In this document: positions 53,401 through 64,000 of the stretch, in pieces | How the letters are laid out: every line of letters begins with the position of its first letter | Numbering within the stretch: the stretch's first letter is position 1 | DNA from: Haplodiscus bocki | Lineage: Eukaryota | Length of the DNA stretch: 64,000 nucleotides | Assembly (NCBI GenBank): GCA_965655095.1 | Contig: OZ296654.1 | Coordinates: 86,304,001-86,368,000 of the forward strand | Direction of reading: 5' to 3' | Notes under the pieces: generated by a model | Told to the model about the DNA's origin: nothing | Databases searched by the model: none | What the model saw: only the letters and a program-made list of their open reading frames with translations | Translations under genes and position numbers: made by a program

Positions 53401-56400
53401 ATCTTTCATCTTTTACTACGTGTTAAATCTATCTGGAATCGCGAGGTAGATTTCTTAATCGAAATAAGTTTTTCAAATTCAGTGCGTAACAATGACCGGC
53501 ACGTCTTAGAGTTGATTCGCATATCTTTGATATACACAACGAAAAGTAGACTGACCAAGATAGACCCTTCTTGTACGCCACTTCTAACTAACACTTCTTG
53601 TGAAAAGACTCCATGAACCCGAACTTGCTGCGTTCTGGTGTTCAGTTGGCTAAGTACGAGCGTAACTAATGGAATACTTTTACCCGAACACGCTTCTGTA
53701 GAGCTTTTCCAGCAGAATGCTGTGATTGATGTTATCACGGGTTTCTTCGTAATCTGTGTATTTTACATGAATTCATGAATTTTGTCGTCAAAATTTAGGG
53801 AATTGTGCACTTGGTCGAGAAAAAATAGTAATTGAAAAGCGCAAAAACGTTGTTTTCGAAGTGAAACGGGAATTCACTGAACTATGGCATTGGAAAAATG
53901 TACGGGTTAATAAAACGACAACGCTGAAGAATTTTCAATATGATGCTCAAGAGAGAGACTTGTCTTCAATTCTCTACATTCGAGTGCAAACCTTTTCTGA
54001 AAGTTGAACTAACAACGGAATTCTTCCTACAAGTAGGTGAGGCACATGTTTGTTTAATTTTGCATAATAAATTGCTCAATGATTTGCTGAGAGTTCTTGG
54101 ACTTCGTTTAATTAAGTTAGCGTGTAACTGATGTGGACCAGTGCCTTTCTTAGAAACGAAACTCACACATACATGCTGAATTTGCACTTCAGAGACGTTA
54201 AAATCGAGCAGAAACTTCTCAGCAATGCATTTTTCGTTGGGATGAAGTCTGTAGATACGGAAAATATAGAAGCAGAAAATTTAGAGAACAGGTCATTTTG
54301 CGACATTAAATCAGTCGCAATTTCAATTCCGTAAACTTTTGAAATGGGAATACAAGTTAGTTGGTCGCTACTGCCAAAGTTAAGTGCGGGCGTTTTTTTT
54401 GTTCAGTGATAAACTGTTTCGGTCGCTCCAGCTTTCATCTTTTGTTACGTGTTAAGTCTATCTGGAATTGCAAGGTAGATTTTTTAATCGAAATAGTTTT
54501 TCCAGATTCAGCGCATAACACTGGTCAGCACATCTCACAGTTGATTTGCATGTCGTTGATATATACAACGAAAAGTAGACTGACCAGGATAGACCCTTGT
54601 TGTTCGCCACTTGTAACTAGCAATTCTTGTGAAAAGATTCCATGATTCCCAACATGCTGTGTTCTGGTGTTCAGTTGGGTAAAAGCGACCGTAACTAATG
54701 GAAGACTTTTCCCCGAACAACCTTTCTGTGGAGCTTTTGCAGCAGAATGCCGTGATTGCTTTTATCAAGAGCTTTTTTGTAGTCTGTGTAAACTACATGA
54801 CATTCGTCGTCAAATTTCATGGAAACGTGCAATTGGTCGAGAAAAAATAGTAATTGAAAAGCGCAAGAACGTTGTTGTTGAAGTCAAAACGGGAATTCAT
54901 TGAACTACGGCTTTAGAAAAGTGTTTAGATTAATGAAAAGACAACGCTCAAAATTTTTCGATATCATGCTCAAGAAAGAGACTTGTCTTTATTTCTCCAC
55001 ATTCAAGTTCAACAATTTTCTGAAAGTTGGACTAACAATAGAGATCGTCCGATTAGTTGAAAAGGCACCTGTTTGTTTCATTTTGCATAATAAATTGCCC
55101 AAAGATTTGCTGAGAGCTCTTGGACATCGTTTAAATAAGTTAGCGGGTATTTCATTTTGATCAGTGCCTCACCTAATATCAAGACTGTCACATATATGTC
55201 GAATTTGCTTTCAGAGACGTTAAAATCGAGCAGACACTTCTCAGAAATCCATTTTTCCTTTGGGATGAAATCTGTAGATACGGCAAAAACAGAAGCAAAG
55301 AACTTAGAGAACAGGTGACTTTGCGACATTAAGTCAGTCGCAATTTCAATTCTGTAAAATATTGAAATGGGAATACGAGTTAATTTGTCTCTACTGCCAA
55401 CGTCAAGTGCGGGCGTTTTCTTTTTTTCACTGATAAATTGTTGCGGTCACTCCATCTTTCATTTTTTATTACTTGTTAAGTCTATCTGGAACTGCAAGGT
55501 AGACTTTTTATTTGAAGAAAATTTCGCAAAATTAGCGCATAACAATGCTCGGCTTGTCTTACAGTTGGTTCGCATGTCGTTGATATAAACAGCGAAGAGT
55601 AGACTGACAAAAAGAAACCCTTTCTGTACGCCACTTCTAACTAGCACTTCTTGTGAAAAGATTCCATCAACCCAACAGTCTGTGTTCTGGTGTTCAGTTG
55701 GCTAAGTACGACTGTAACTAATCGAATACTTTTCCCCGAACACCCCTTCTGTAGAGTTTTTCCAGCAGAATGCTGTGATTGACGTTATCACGGGCTTTTT
55801 CGTAATCTGTGTATTTTACATGATTTCATGAATTTCGTCGTCAAAATTTAGGGAATTGTGCACTTGGTCGAAAAAAATTAGTAAGTGAATAGCGCAAAAC
55901 CGTTGTTTCCAAAGTCAAAATGGGAATTCAGAGAACTATGGCTTAAGAAAAATGTACAGGGTATTGAAAAGACAACGCTCAAGAAACTTCGATATGATGC
56001 TCAAAAGAGAAGTTTGTCAATATTTCGCTACATTCGAGTGCAACCGTTTTCTGATAGTTGAGCTAACAGTAAAGTTCTTCCGACAAGTAAGGAAGACACC
56101 TGTTTTTTTTTAATTTTGTATAATACATTGCCCAATGATTTGCTGTGAGTTCTTGGACATCGTTTAAATAATTTAGCTGGTAACTCAACTGGACCGGTGC
56201 TTTTCCTAATTTCCAGATTTTCACAAATAGGCTGAATTTGCTCTTCAGAGACGTTAAAATCGAGCAGAAACTTCACAGTAATGCAATTTCCTTTTGGGAT
56301 GAATTCTGTAGATACAGCAAAAACAGAAGCAAAGAATTTAGAGAACAGGTCACTTTGCGACATTAAGTCAGTGGCAGTTTCAATTCTGGAAATTATTGAA

Positions 56401-58470
56401 ATGGGAATACGAGTTAAGTTGTCTCTACTGCCAACGTCAAGTCCGGGCGTTTTCTTTTGTTCACTGATAAATTGTTGCGGTCACTCCATCTTTCATCTTT
56501 TCTTACTTGTTAAGTCTATCTGGAATTGGAAGGTAGACTTTTTAATCGAAAGATATTTCGCAAAGTCAGCGCATGACAATGCTCAGCCTGTCTTACAGTT
56601 GGTTCGCATGTCGTTGATATAAACACCGAAGAGTAGACTGTCAAAAAGAGACCCTTTTTGTACGCCACTTCTAACTAGCACTTCTTGTGAAAAGATTCCA
56701 TGAACCCCAACTTGCTGTGTTCTGGTGTTCAGTTGGCTAAGTACGAGCGTAACTAACTGAATACTTTTCCCCGAACACCTCTTCTGTAGAGCTTTTCCAG
56801 CAAATGCCGTGATTGACAATACCAAGAGCTTTTTCGCAATCTGTGTAACCTACATGATTTTCGTCGTCAAATTTCAAGCAAATGTTCGCTTGGTCGTGAA
56901 AATATAGTGATTGAGTAGCGCAGAAACGTTGTTTTTGAAGTCAAAACGGGATTGCAGTGAACTCGGGCTTTAGAAATTTGTACAGGTTAATGAAAAGACA
57001 ACTCTCAAGAATTTTCGTTATGATGCTCAAGAGAAAGACTTGTCTTTAGTTCCCTACATTCGAGTTCAACCCTTTTCTGCAAGTTGACCTAGCAAAAGAG
57101 TTCTTCCGAGAAAAAAGGAAGACACCTGTTTGTTTAATTTTGCATAATAATTTGCACAATGATTTGCTGAGAGCTCTGGGACATCGTTTAAACAAGTTAG
57201 CGGGTAACTCATCTGAACCAGTGCCTTTCCTAATATCAAAACTCTCACATATACGCTGAATTTGCTCTTCAGAGACGTTAGAATAGTGCAAAAACTTCTG
57301 AGAAATGCACTCCTCCATTGGTATGAAGTCTGTAGATACGGCAAAAACAGAAGCAAACATTTTAGAGATTCGGTCACTTTGCGACGTTAAGTCAGTCGCA
57401 GTTTCAGTTCTGTAAAATATTGGAAAGGGAATATGAGTTAGTTGGTCGCCACTGCCAAAGTCAAGTGCGGGCGTTGTCTTTTGTTCACTGTTAAATTGTT
57501 TCGGTCAATCCATCTTTCAACTTTTTCTGCGTATGAAGTCTATCTGGAATTGCAAGGTAGATTTTTTAATCGAAATAGGTTTTGCACACTCAGTGCATAA
57601 CAATGGTCAGAACGTCTTACAGTTGATTCGCATGTCGTGGATATAAACAGCGAAGAGTAGACTGACAAAGATAGATCCTTGTTGTACGCCACTTGTAACT
57701 AGCACTTCTCGTGAAAAGATTCAATGAACCCCAACCCGCTGTTATGGTGTTCAGTTGGCTAAGAACGACCGTAACTAACGGAATACTTTTCCCCGAACAC
57801 TCCTTCTGTAGAGCTTTTGCAGCAGAATGCCGTGATTGATTTTATCAAGAGCTTTTTCGTAATCTGTGTAAATTACATGAATTTCGTCGTCAAAATTTAG
57901 GGAAATGTGCACTTGGTCGTGAAAATTTAGTGATTGAAAAACGCAAAAACGTTATTTTCGAGGTCAAAACATGAATTCCCTGAACTATGGCTTTACAAAT
58001 GTGTACAGGTTGATAAAAGCACACCGCTCAAGATTTTTCAAGTTGATGCTCAAGAGAGAGGCTGGTCTTCCATTCTCTACGTTCGAGTTCAACCCTTTTC
58101 TGAAAGCTGAACCAACAATAGAGATCATCCGATAAGTAGGAAAGACACCAGTTTGTTTCATTTTGTATACTAAATTGCCGAATGATTTGCTGTGAGCTCT
58201 TGGACATCGTTTAAATAAGTTAGCGGGTAACTCAACTGGACCAGTGCCTTTCCTAATATCCTGACTTTCACATATAGGCTGAATTTGCTCTTCAGAGACG
58301 TTAAAATCGAGCAGAAATTTCTCATAAAATCATTTTCCCCTGGGGATGAAGTCTGTAGATACGGCAAAAACAGAAGCAAAGAATTTAGAGAACAGGTCAC
58401 TTTGCGACATTAAGTAAGTCGCACTTTCAATTCTGTAAAATTTTGAATTGGGATTACGAGTTAATTTGAA
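26460..58470 (-). repeat. ~32-kb tandem array of LINE RT-derived units (29 x ~1.02 kb + 4 x ~0.58 kb)
   Basis: Landmark ACTGCCAAAGTC (or a close variant) recurs at ~26460, 28061, 29084, 30686, 31708, 33309, 34334, 35368, 36393, 37412, 38436, 39460, 40479, 41503, 42528, 43548, 45148, 46169, 47196, 48216, 49241, 50264, 51286, 52318, 53340, 54370, 55393, 56427, 57451; full units carry degenerate KGTGPDEL, YTDYEKA(L/F)D and SGVQQGS...LLF..(F/Y)INDM. Confidence 0.97.
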
Positions 58471-59460
58471 GGTTCAAAAATCCTTGCAAAGCTAACTTGT
58501 AGATCTTGTATGGTTATTAGGTTTCGTTTGTTATTAGGTTGATTGCGTTTGGTTGTTTTTAGACGTTTAATCATATTGGAAGTACTAGGAAAATCCCAAG
58601 TCGACAAATGGGAGCGATGCATCTTCCTACGTGGAATTGTCTGGAGAACGAACAATTTAATCCTACTATATCATTTTTCAATATGAAAGGTTATATTGCT
58701 CCAGCATAGCCCTGAAAAAGGTTTTTCCTGAATTAGGGCATTAAGCCTAACGAAATCCCCATTGCAATAACTGAAGACAGCTGCTGGCTTCCTAGGTCTA
58801 AAATAAAGTGAATTCAAATCCTAATATGCATTTTTAGTTAACATGCTGTAGTGATTGCATAAGGAGTTCATTTGGTTGTGATCAAGCCTGCAAGAAGTAG
58901 CTTAGAGGCCTTCGCTAACGAAGATAAGATCCAATATATCGGTGACTGCGGTGGTTATATCTACTAGACTGTTACTTTTTCCATCCGTTCAAGATACTTT
59001 CCTTCAACTTCTTTTTTCCGCCGATCTGGCAACTTCCATCATGCCCAGGACATAAAGTTTTTTCAAATTGCTTGTCATCTACCCACTCTGCTGTATTGAA
59101 AAAGTATCAGAAGGCCCTGATGAGCCGCTCTGCCAGACAAACCCTTGCCCTACACCTGTTGATCCTTCATAAAGACCATCATCAAAAACAATTACTTCGA
59201 TTGAATTCAAAAATCTGAGTAACAGAAAAACAAATTTAAAACAGCTCAAATTACAACTGAAGCTGTTGGAGCAAGATGAAGCGAAGTGGTTCCCAAGCTC
59301 CACACCGATCAACTTCTCCCGGAACTCCTGGAATGGTTTTGCCACGAGGATCGCAACCTCTGTTCAGAAAAGTCTAGAATCTAGAAGGATTTTCTTTCAC
59401 ATGTGTTTTTCCTCCAGGAAAACCTGATCAAGTTGCTGCTCCTAGCTGGTCATGTTTTCC
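58470..59460 (-). mobile_element. LINE-D 5' part (endonuclease and linker), right flank of the array
   Basis: IPRRKMHRSHLSTW...TSNMIKRL resembles the LINE-B linker VPIRTKNRQLLPPW; TTAVTDILDLIFVS (~58910-58960) and LDHNQ are decayed endonuclease motifs. Confidence 0.72.
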
Positions 59461-60599
59461 GAGATAACAAGGCATTTGAATTTTGACGGTTTTGTCTCCT
59501 GGTTTTCTCTTGTTGGAATTGTCGTGTTGTGTGAAAGTTCCGATTCAGAAATTAGCTGTTTTTTTATTCCGGCTGGCGATTTATGAATGGATGAGTTTTC
59601 GAAATTAGTTGAGTCGCCTGGAGTTTTTTTGAAAGTGCAGTCGCGACATTTTTGTGCCATGATTGCTTGATCAGGCTAAAACTGAAATATGACTGATATG
59701 AATATGTCAAAATGTATTCCGGTTGACTACAGCGTTTTATCGTACACACCGATGGTTTAGTTTGACAGGGTTCTTTGATCGATTATCCCGCTTCCTTGTC
59801 GTTGCAGAACTTTTGCTGTTCGAGGACCCAATGAGTATGTCTTGGTATTTTTTGTCATTTCCAATTCCAGATTTTGAATGTGTTGGCCAATCAAAAGTTG
59901 CATTCAATCTTTTTCTATTACAGTGTGTTCAAGTTGCATAGTGGCAAGTCAAAGATAGATTGGGCTGGGAAGGAGCAGCTTGGCCGAAGTTGTCTTTGTG
60001 ATGAAAATGATAAATCATGTCAGTATTGCGAACAATACTGTTATTATGTGATTTAATTTAACTTCTGTCAATATTCTCAAATCAATTGACAACAGCCGTG
60101 TTCCTGGAAGTAGGGTCTTTCCATTTTGTGCGTTGTTGATGGAAGTGCAACCAAAATGTCGCTGCAAGACAAAAAAAGCTGTTGCAGAACTGATTGACTC
60201 CAGCGACCGAGAGGTTTGTGTGTGCGGATCACCTTAACTTCAGAAACGGTGTTGCCGTTCCGTCCTCGATTTTGTCTGCTCAGTCTCCTGTGTTTGAGGT
60301 TGAGCCATCTTGTGTGGTATTTTGGCTATCACGGTCGGATTGTCGGTAGATGCAGATGTGGAGTCATTACGGCCGGGTTTGAGTTTATTGAGTGTGGCCT
60401 CGCCATCATATCAGGAAATGATTGTTTTGTGTGATCAGAGGATAATTGGCGACGCTTTTGTTGGAATTGAGCTTAACTGTCATATCGGTGCACCAGTGGC
60501 TGTTGCCGTAACGATAAAAGGTAGGTTTTCATCTGAAATTTTTCGTGGGCCTTGTGAAACGTATGTGATTTTAAGTAGTTGAGGTTTATGTAAGACGGA

Positions 60600-63500
60600 T
60601 GTTTTTCTTGAGTTCAACCAACGGGTTTGGATGAACAGGAAGGTTTTAGACCTAATGTTTTATAATTACTGAGTCTCAGCTATGCTAGCTTCTCTCGGTC
60701 GACTCCTGGGTTCCTCGCCAAAATCGAAACAAATCCCCCTATTGCAATCTAAAATTTTGTTCTCTGTGTTTTTTTAATACATGGACTTCAGTCAAAGTTT
60801 TATTACATGACATTAATTTTTAGGTTTTGCTTGTAATTTTTGTTTGTCCGAACCTATTGGTTTTTGTGGGTTTTTGTGTTTTCGTAAAATGTTGAATTCT
60901 GGTTAGATAAGTGATAGGTTAGATAAAAATTCGTTTGGTGGACCCACCTTCCGTTTACCTGATCCTTCTTCCAATTCGGTGGGAAATGTTTTTGCGAGGG
61001 TTTACTTACAGCCAGTAGTTGCGGTTCGGTAGAATGATTATTTCTCAAAAGCCATAAATAGGAAATGCGGGAATTATAATGAGAAAGGAAAACATAAACA
61101 GAAAGAATCATAAGTGTTCGGATATGTTCACGTTGGTACTTGCAGGAAAAGGACCTGCCTGATAAAATACTCTGTCTTGCTTTCCAAGCAGGCAGCAGTA
61201 ATTACAAAATGCAGCAGTTGTGGTTAGAAAAAGGCAACCTTGTGGCGTTTTATGTTGCTTTTGCACGCAGCTACGGGGTTCTCGATGGCTCTGCACGATG
61301 GCGATTGTATGGATTGGACCTGATTGTTTCGAGCCGACAGTGAGTTACATCTTTGTATCATGCTCATGGCCAGAAGCATATGCTAAAAGACTGCTATTGT
61401 GTCACATATAATATGCTTTTGCTGAACGCATAGGGCTCTTAAATATCGCTTCAAGCCGTGGAGTGGCGAACAAAATTTGTTGAAACGAGATTTGTCTCTG
61501 TATTAACAGATCCGATTGAATTGACTTTAGCAGAACCGATTGAAACGGAACTGTCCCTCTGATCTGCTTAAATTGGTGCACTGGTGAGTCAACAAGCAGT
61601 TCTACGACGTCACTGGCATACATTGCGCTGAAATTGAAGTGTGGGAGTAGTAAGGAAGAAACTAAGGCTCCCTCGTTAACCTTGAAGCATGTTTCGACCG
61701 AAACTGAGTCCCTATGTAGACTGGAGATGAGTGGTTAGAAATCTTAGTGGGTATAGTTTTTTGCGCAGGGCTGGTAAATCTTTGTAATTTTCGATTGTAT
61801 TTTCGCTTTACAAATAGTGTTGTTGTGTGTGTCGTGTACAAGCGTGATGGCAGAAGTTCTGTGCTTTTTGGACAACAGTGTATGCAATTGTAGCCTGCAT
61901 TTGCTAGTGAATTGGGTTGATGAGTGTTTTATTACCAGTAGTGCTGACGACTAGCATGTTTTTAACCCGGCTTTGGAAGTTTCCGGAGAAAGTCCTTTTG
62001 GACAATAGCAGATTGTTAAGTGGTTGACGAAACTCGGTCGAAGTGTGCGCAATTTATCTCCTTGTCGATGCGTCAAAGGACGTGCTTCCTCCAAGATTTC
62101 GCAATTTGGTTGGAATTTATTCGTTTCTGGCTAGCGCTGGCTTTTCATGGATTCGGCCTCCATGATCTGAAACCACTTATCTCATGTGCTGGATCATTTG
62201 CCTCTATTGCTGAAGAACTGTTGCCAATTATATATTTTGTCTGATCCAAGTTCAAATGGTTTGTGATGTTGCCGTTGTCTGCAGAAGATCCGATTGTTTT
62301 ATAGGTGTTTCTTAATTAGTTTTTGGTTCTGGTCAGTTTTTTTGGGTTTTAGGCGGTGCTTGAAAATCCGTGATACGTTCATGTACGCTTGAAGTGAGTG
62401 AGTAAAGAAAAAGAGAAAGCAAAGGAAAAGAAATAATAACATAAAAGAGGCAGTCTCTGTCAGGCATCTTCCAAAATGTCATTCTCTGGGGAGTTTTGAT
62501 GAGAAATATTGTCAATTGTGACACGGATTGCTTAGTTTGCAAGACTAAATGTTGATGTGTGTTGTAACTGGTCTATACTCTCAGGAATTTTTAGTGGGTG
62601 TTCCCTTGTTTTGCTGGCGGAGGTGTTGATATAATTTTTTTTCGGGTGTGGCCCCTTTCCTGCAGGCGTTGAATGAGCAGTCTTGTGTTCGTGAGAACGA
62701 TCTTGGGGAAGGCTTAAGAGATCCACCTATGATGGTGTTAGATTTGAGTCCGAAAGTTTTTCGACCTCTGGAACTTTTGGTTCGGATGTATAAGCTTCAC
62801 TTGGTGTCGTGTGTTGCGTTTTTTCTTCTCTATTTTCGTAACGAATTTTTTTTGGTTCAGAATCGATGAAGGTTTTGTTGAAAAGTTCAATAAAGCCTTT
62901 CAAACGGCTTGTCTTTTGGCAACGGGGTTGTTGTTACGTTTTGGTGAAGAATGATTTTGATCAAAGTTGTGGCAGGGAATCAAACAGATGGTATTTTGAC
63001 GTTTTGGAATCTAATTTGTTTCTCTCGGAGAATGCAGCAAAAGAAAAATCGTTTGTCGTTGGTACTGGCCGTATGATGTCCAGGCTTTGGTCCTGCTCCT
63101 TGAGGATGATTTTGAACATTGCTTCGGGAAGACGGTTGCATTAGAGGCTGAACTGGTGCGTTATCGCAACAGTTTTGCAACTCCGGGTGAGGTTTCTGCT
63201 GGTGCTGAGATTTATCTCTTCTTTTCGAAAGTTTCGTTGTTGAGATGTTGACTATGCACGGTCTCCCTGCATTAATTTACAGTTCATTGGCTCCGCTTGC
63301 GCCACGGATGTATGTCCATTTTTGTCCAGGAAATTTGGTTCATCCGTTTCTGCTACTTTGTTCCAGATTACGGGTGAACGGTTGGATCAACAGATAATTG
63401 GAGGAGCAAGTTGCATGGCAGTTTCAGGAAAGTTTTTATTGGCTCTCAGTTGATATGGTTGCTGAAATTTTGGAGTTGGAGTGTGTGGCAGAGATCTAGT

Positions 63501-64000
63501 TTCCTGAGGATGGGCTTCTCTGTGGTGTTGGATTTCTAATGGGACGTCTAACTTCACACAATTCCGGTTGTTTTAGTTACCCTGGGAGACTTTTGGTTGG
63601 GAAATACCTGTGTTCAGTGCAAAACTGTCTCAATGCGAATCCATTTGACTCGTTGTACAAACAGTTTGAAGATTGCGGAATCCTTCCTCCGCGGCAGGTA
63701 TAGAGTTGTCTGAACGATCTGTATGTGCAAATCGAATGAAACCTTGGGAAGTTATGTACAGTGACGAGTGGTTCTCGATCTGTGCTGCCTCCTGCCCGAG
63801 TCTTGGTTGGAGTGAGTTGGAGTTCAATGATTATGATGAGCGCAAAATCCTAGTCCCAAACTCAATTTTCGGTAGTAAATGCATGATCGATCACCAGCTC
63901 CAAATGGTTGAAAACGATGAATTATCTTCGTTTTTGGAAGAGTAGATTGATCTGTTTGGTTTTGATTCTGTCGTATGTATTTAGTTTGTCTCTTTTGTGG
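60600..64000 (-). mobile_element. Heavily decayed LTR-retrotransposon (Ty3/Gypsy-like) pol remnants
   Basis: Only faint motifs: LGLGF (protease-end-like, ~63850), RNase H-like and integrase-like fragments (~61800-63000), in Gypsy order; no long ORF. Confidence 0.4.

Noticed and set aside
26953-56622. Recurrent plus-strand ORFs (MYKFLKRQ, MGIRVNLSLL, MVATAKVKC) as a gene family
   Set aside because: They are short antisense frames of the RT repeat, with variable starts and stops and no recognisable domain.
26460-58470. CRISPR-like array, diversity-generating retroelement or retron
   Set aside because: Eukaryotic context, ~1 kb units, no unique spacers (one insert copied four times), no cas or accessory genes, and the RT is LINE-type and dead.
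26460-58470. Functional multi-RT polyprotein gene
   Set aside because: Stops and frameshifts occur throughout, the catalytic aspartates are lost, and the longest ORF is 150 aa.
26460-58470. Whole array as an assembly artefact
   Set aside because: Monomers fall into distinct diverged types and join collinear LINE flanks with no Ns; only the near-identical blocks need read validation.

Overview
AT-rich eukaryotic (most likely invertebrate animal) DNA; the species cannot be determined from the sequence. Bases 186-8586 (minus strand) hold eight coding exons of the spliceosomal DEAD-box helicase DDX46/Prp5, which continues past the left edge. From ~8.8 kb to the end the window is almost all transposon debris: a plus-strand CR1/L2-type LINE split by a hAT element, a 136-N gap, two decayed minus-strand LINEs with PHD-finger ORF1, an SGNH-like ORF, a gag remnant and probable Ty3/Gypsy pol remnants. 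The dominant structure is a ~32 kb tandem array (~26,460-58,470) of 33 units: 29 of ~1.02 kb and 4 of ~0.58 kb. Each full unit is a dead LINE reverse-transcriptase core, and the array sits inside its parent LINE, with the endonuclease on the right and the C-terminus on the left. It has higher-order periods of 2.62, 3.07 and 2.05 kb, mosaic units, and a 42-bp insert in four units that matches the neighbouring gag element. All large TE remnants right of the gap lie on the minus strand, which raises, but does not prove, a unistrand piRNA-cluster or satellite-chromatin role. All alignments were done by eye, so boundaries of decayed elements are approximate.
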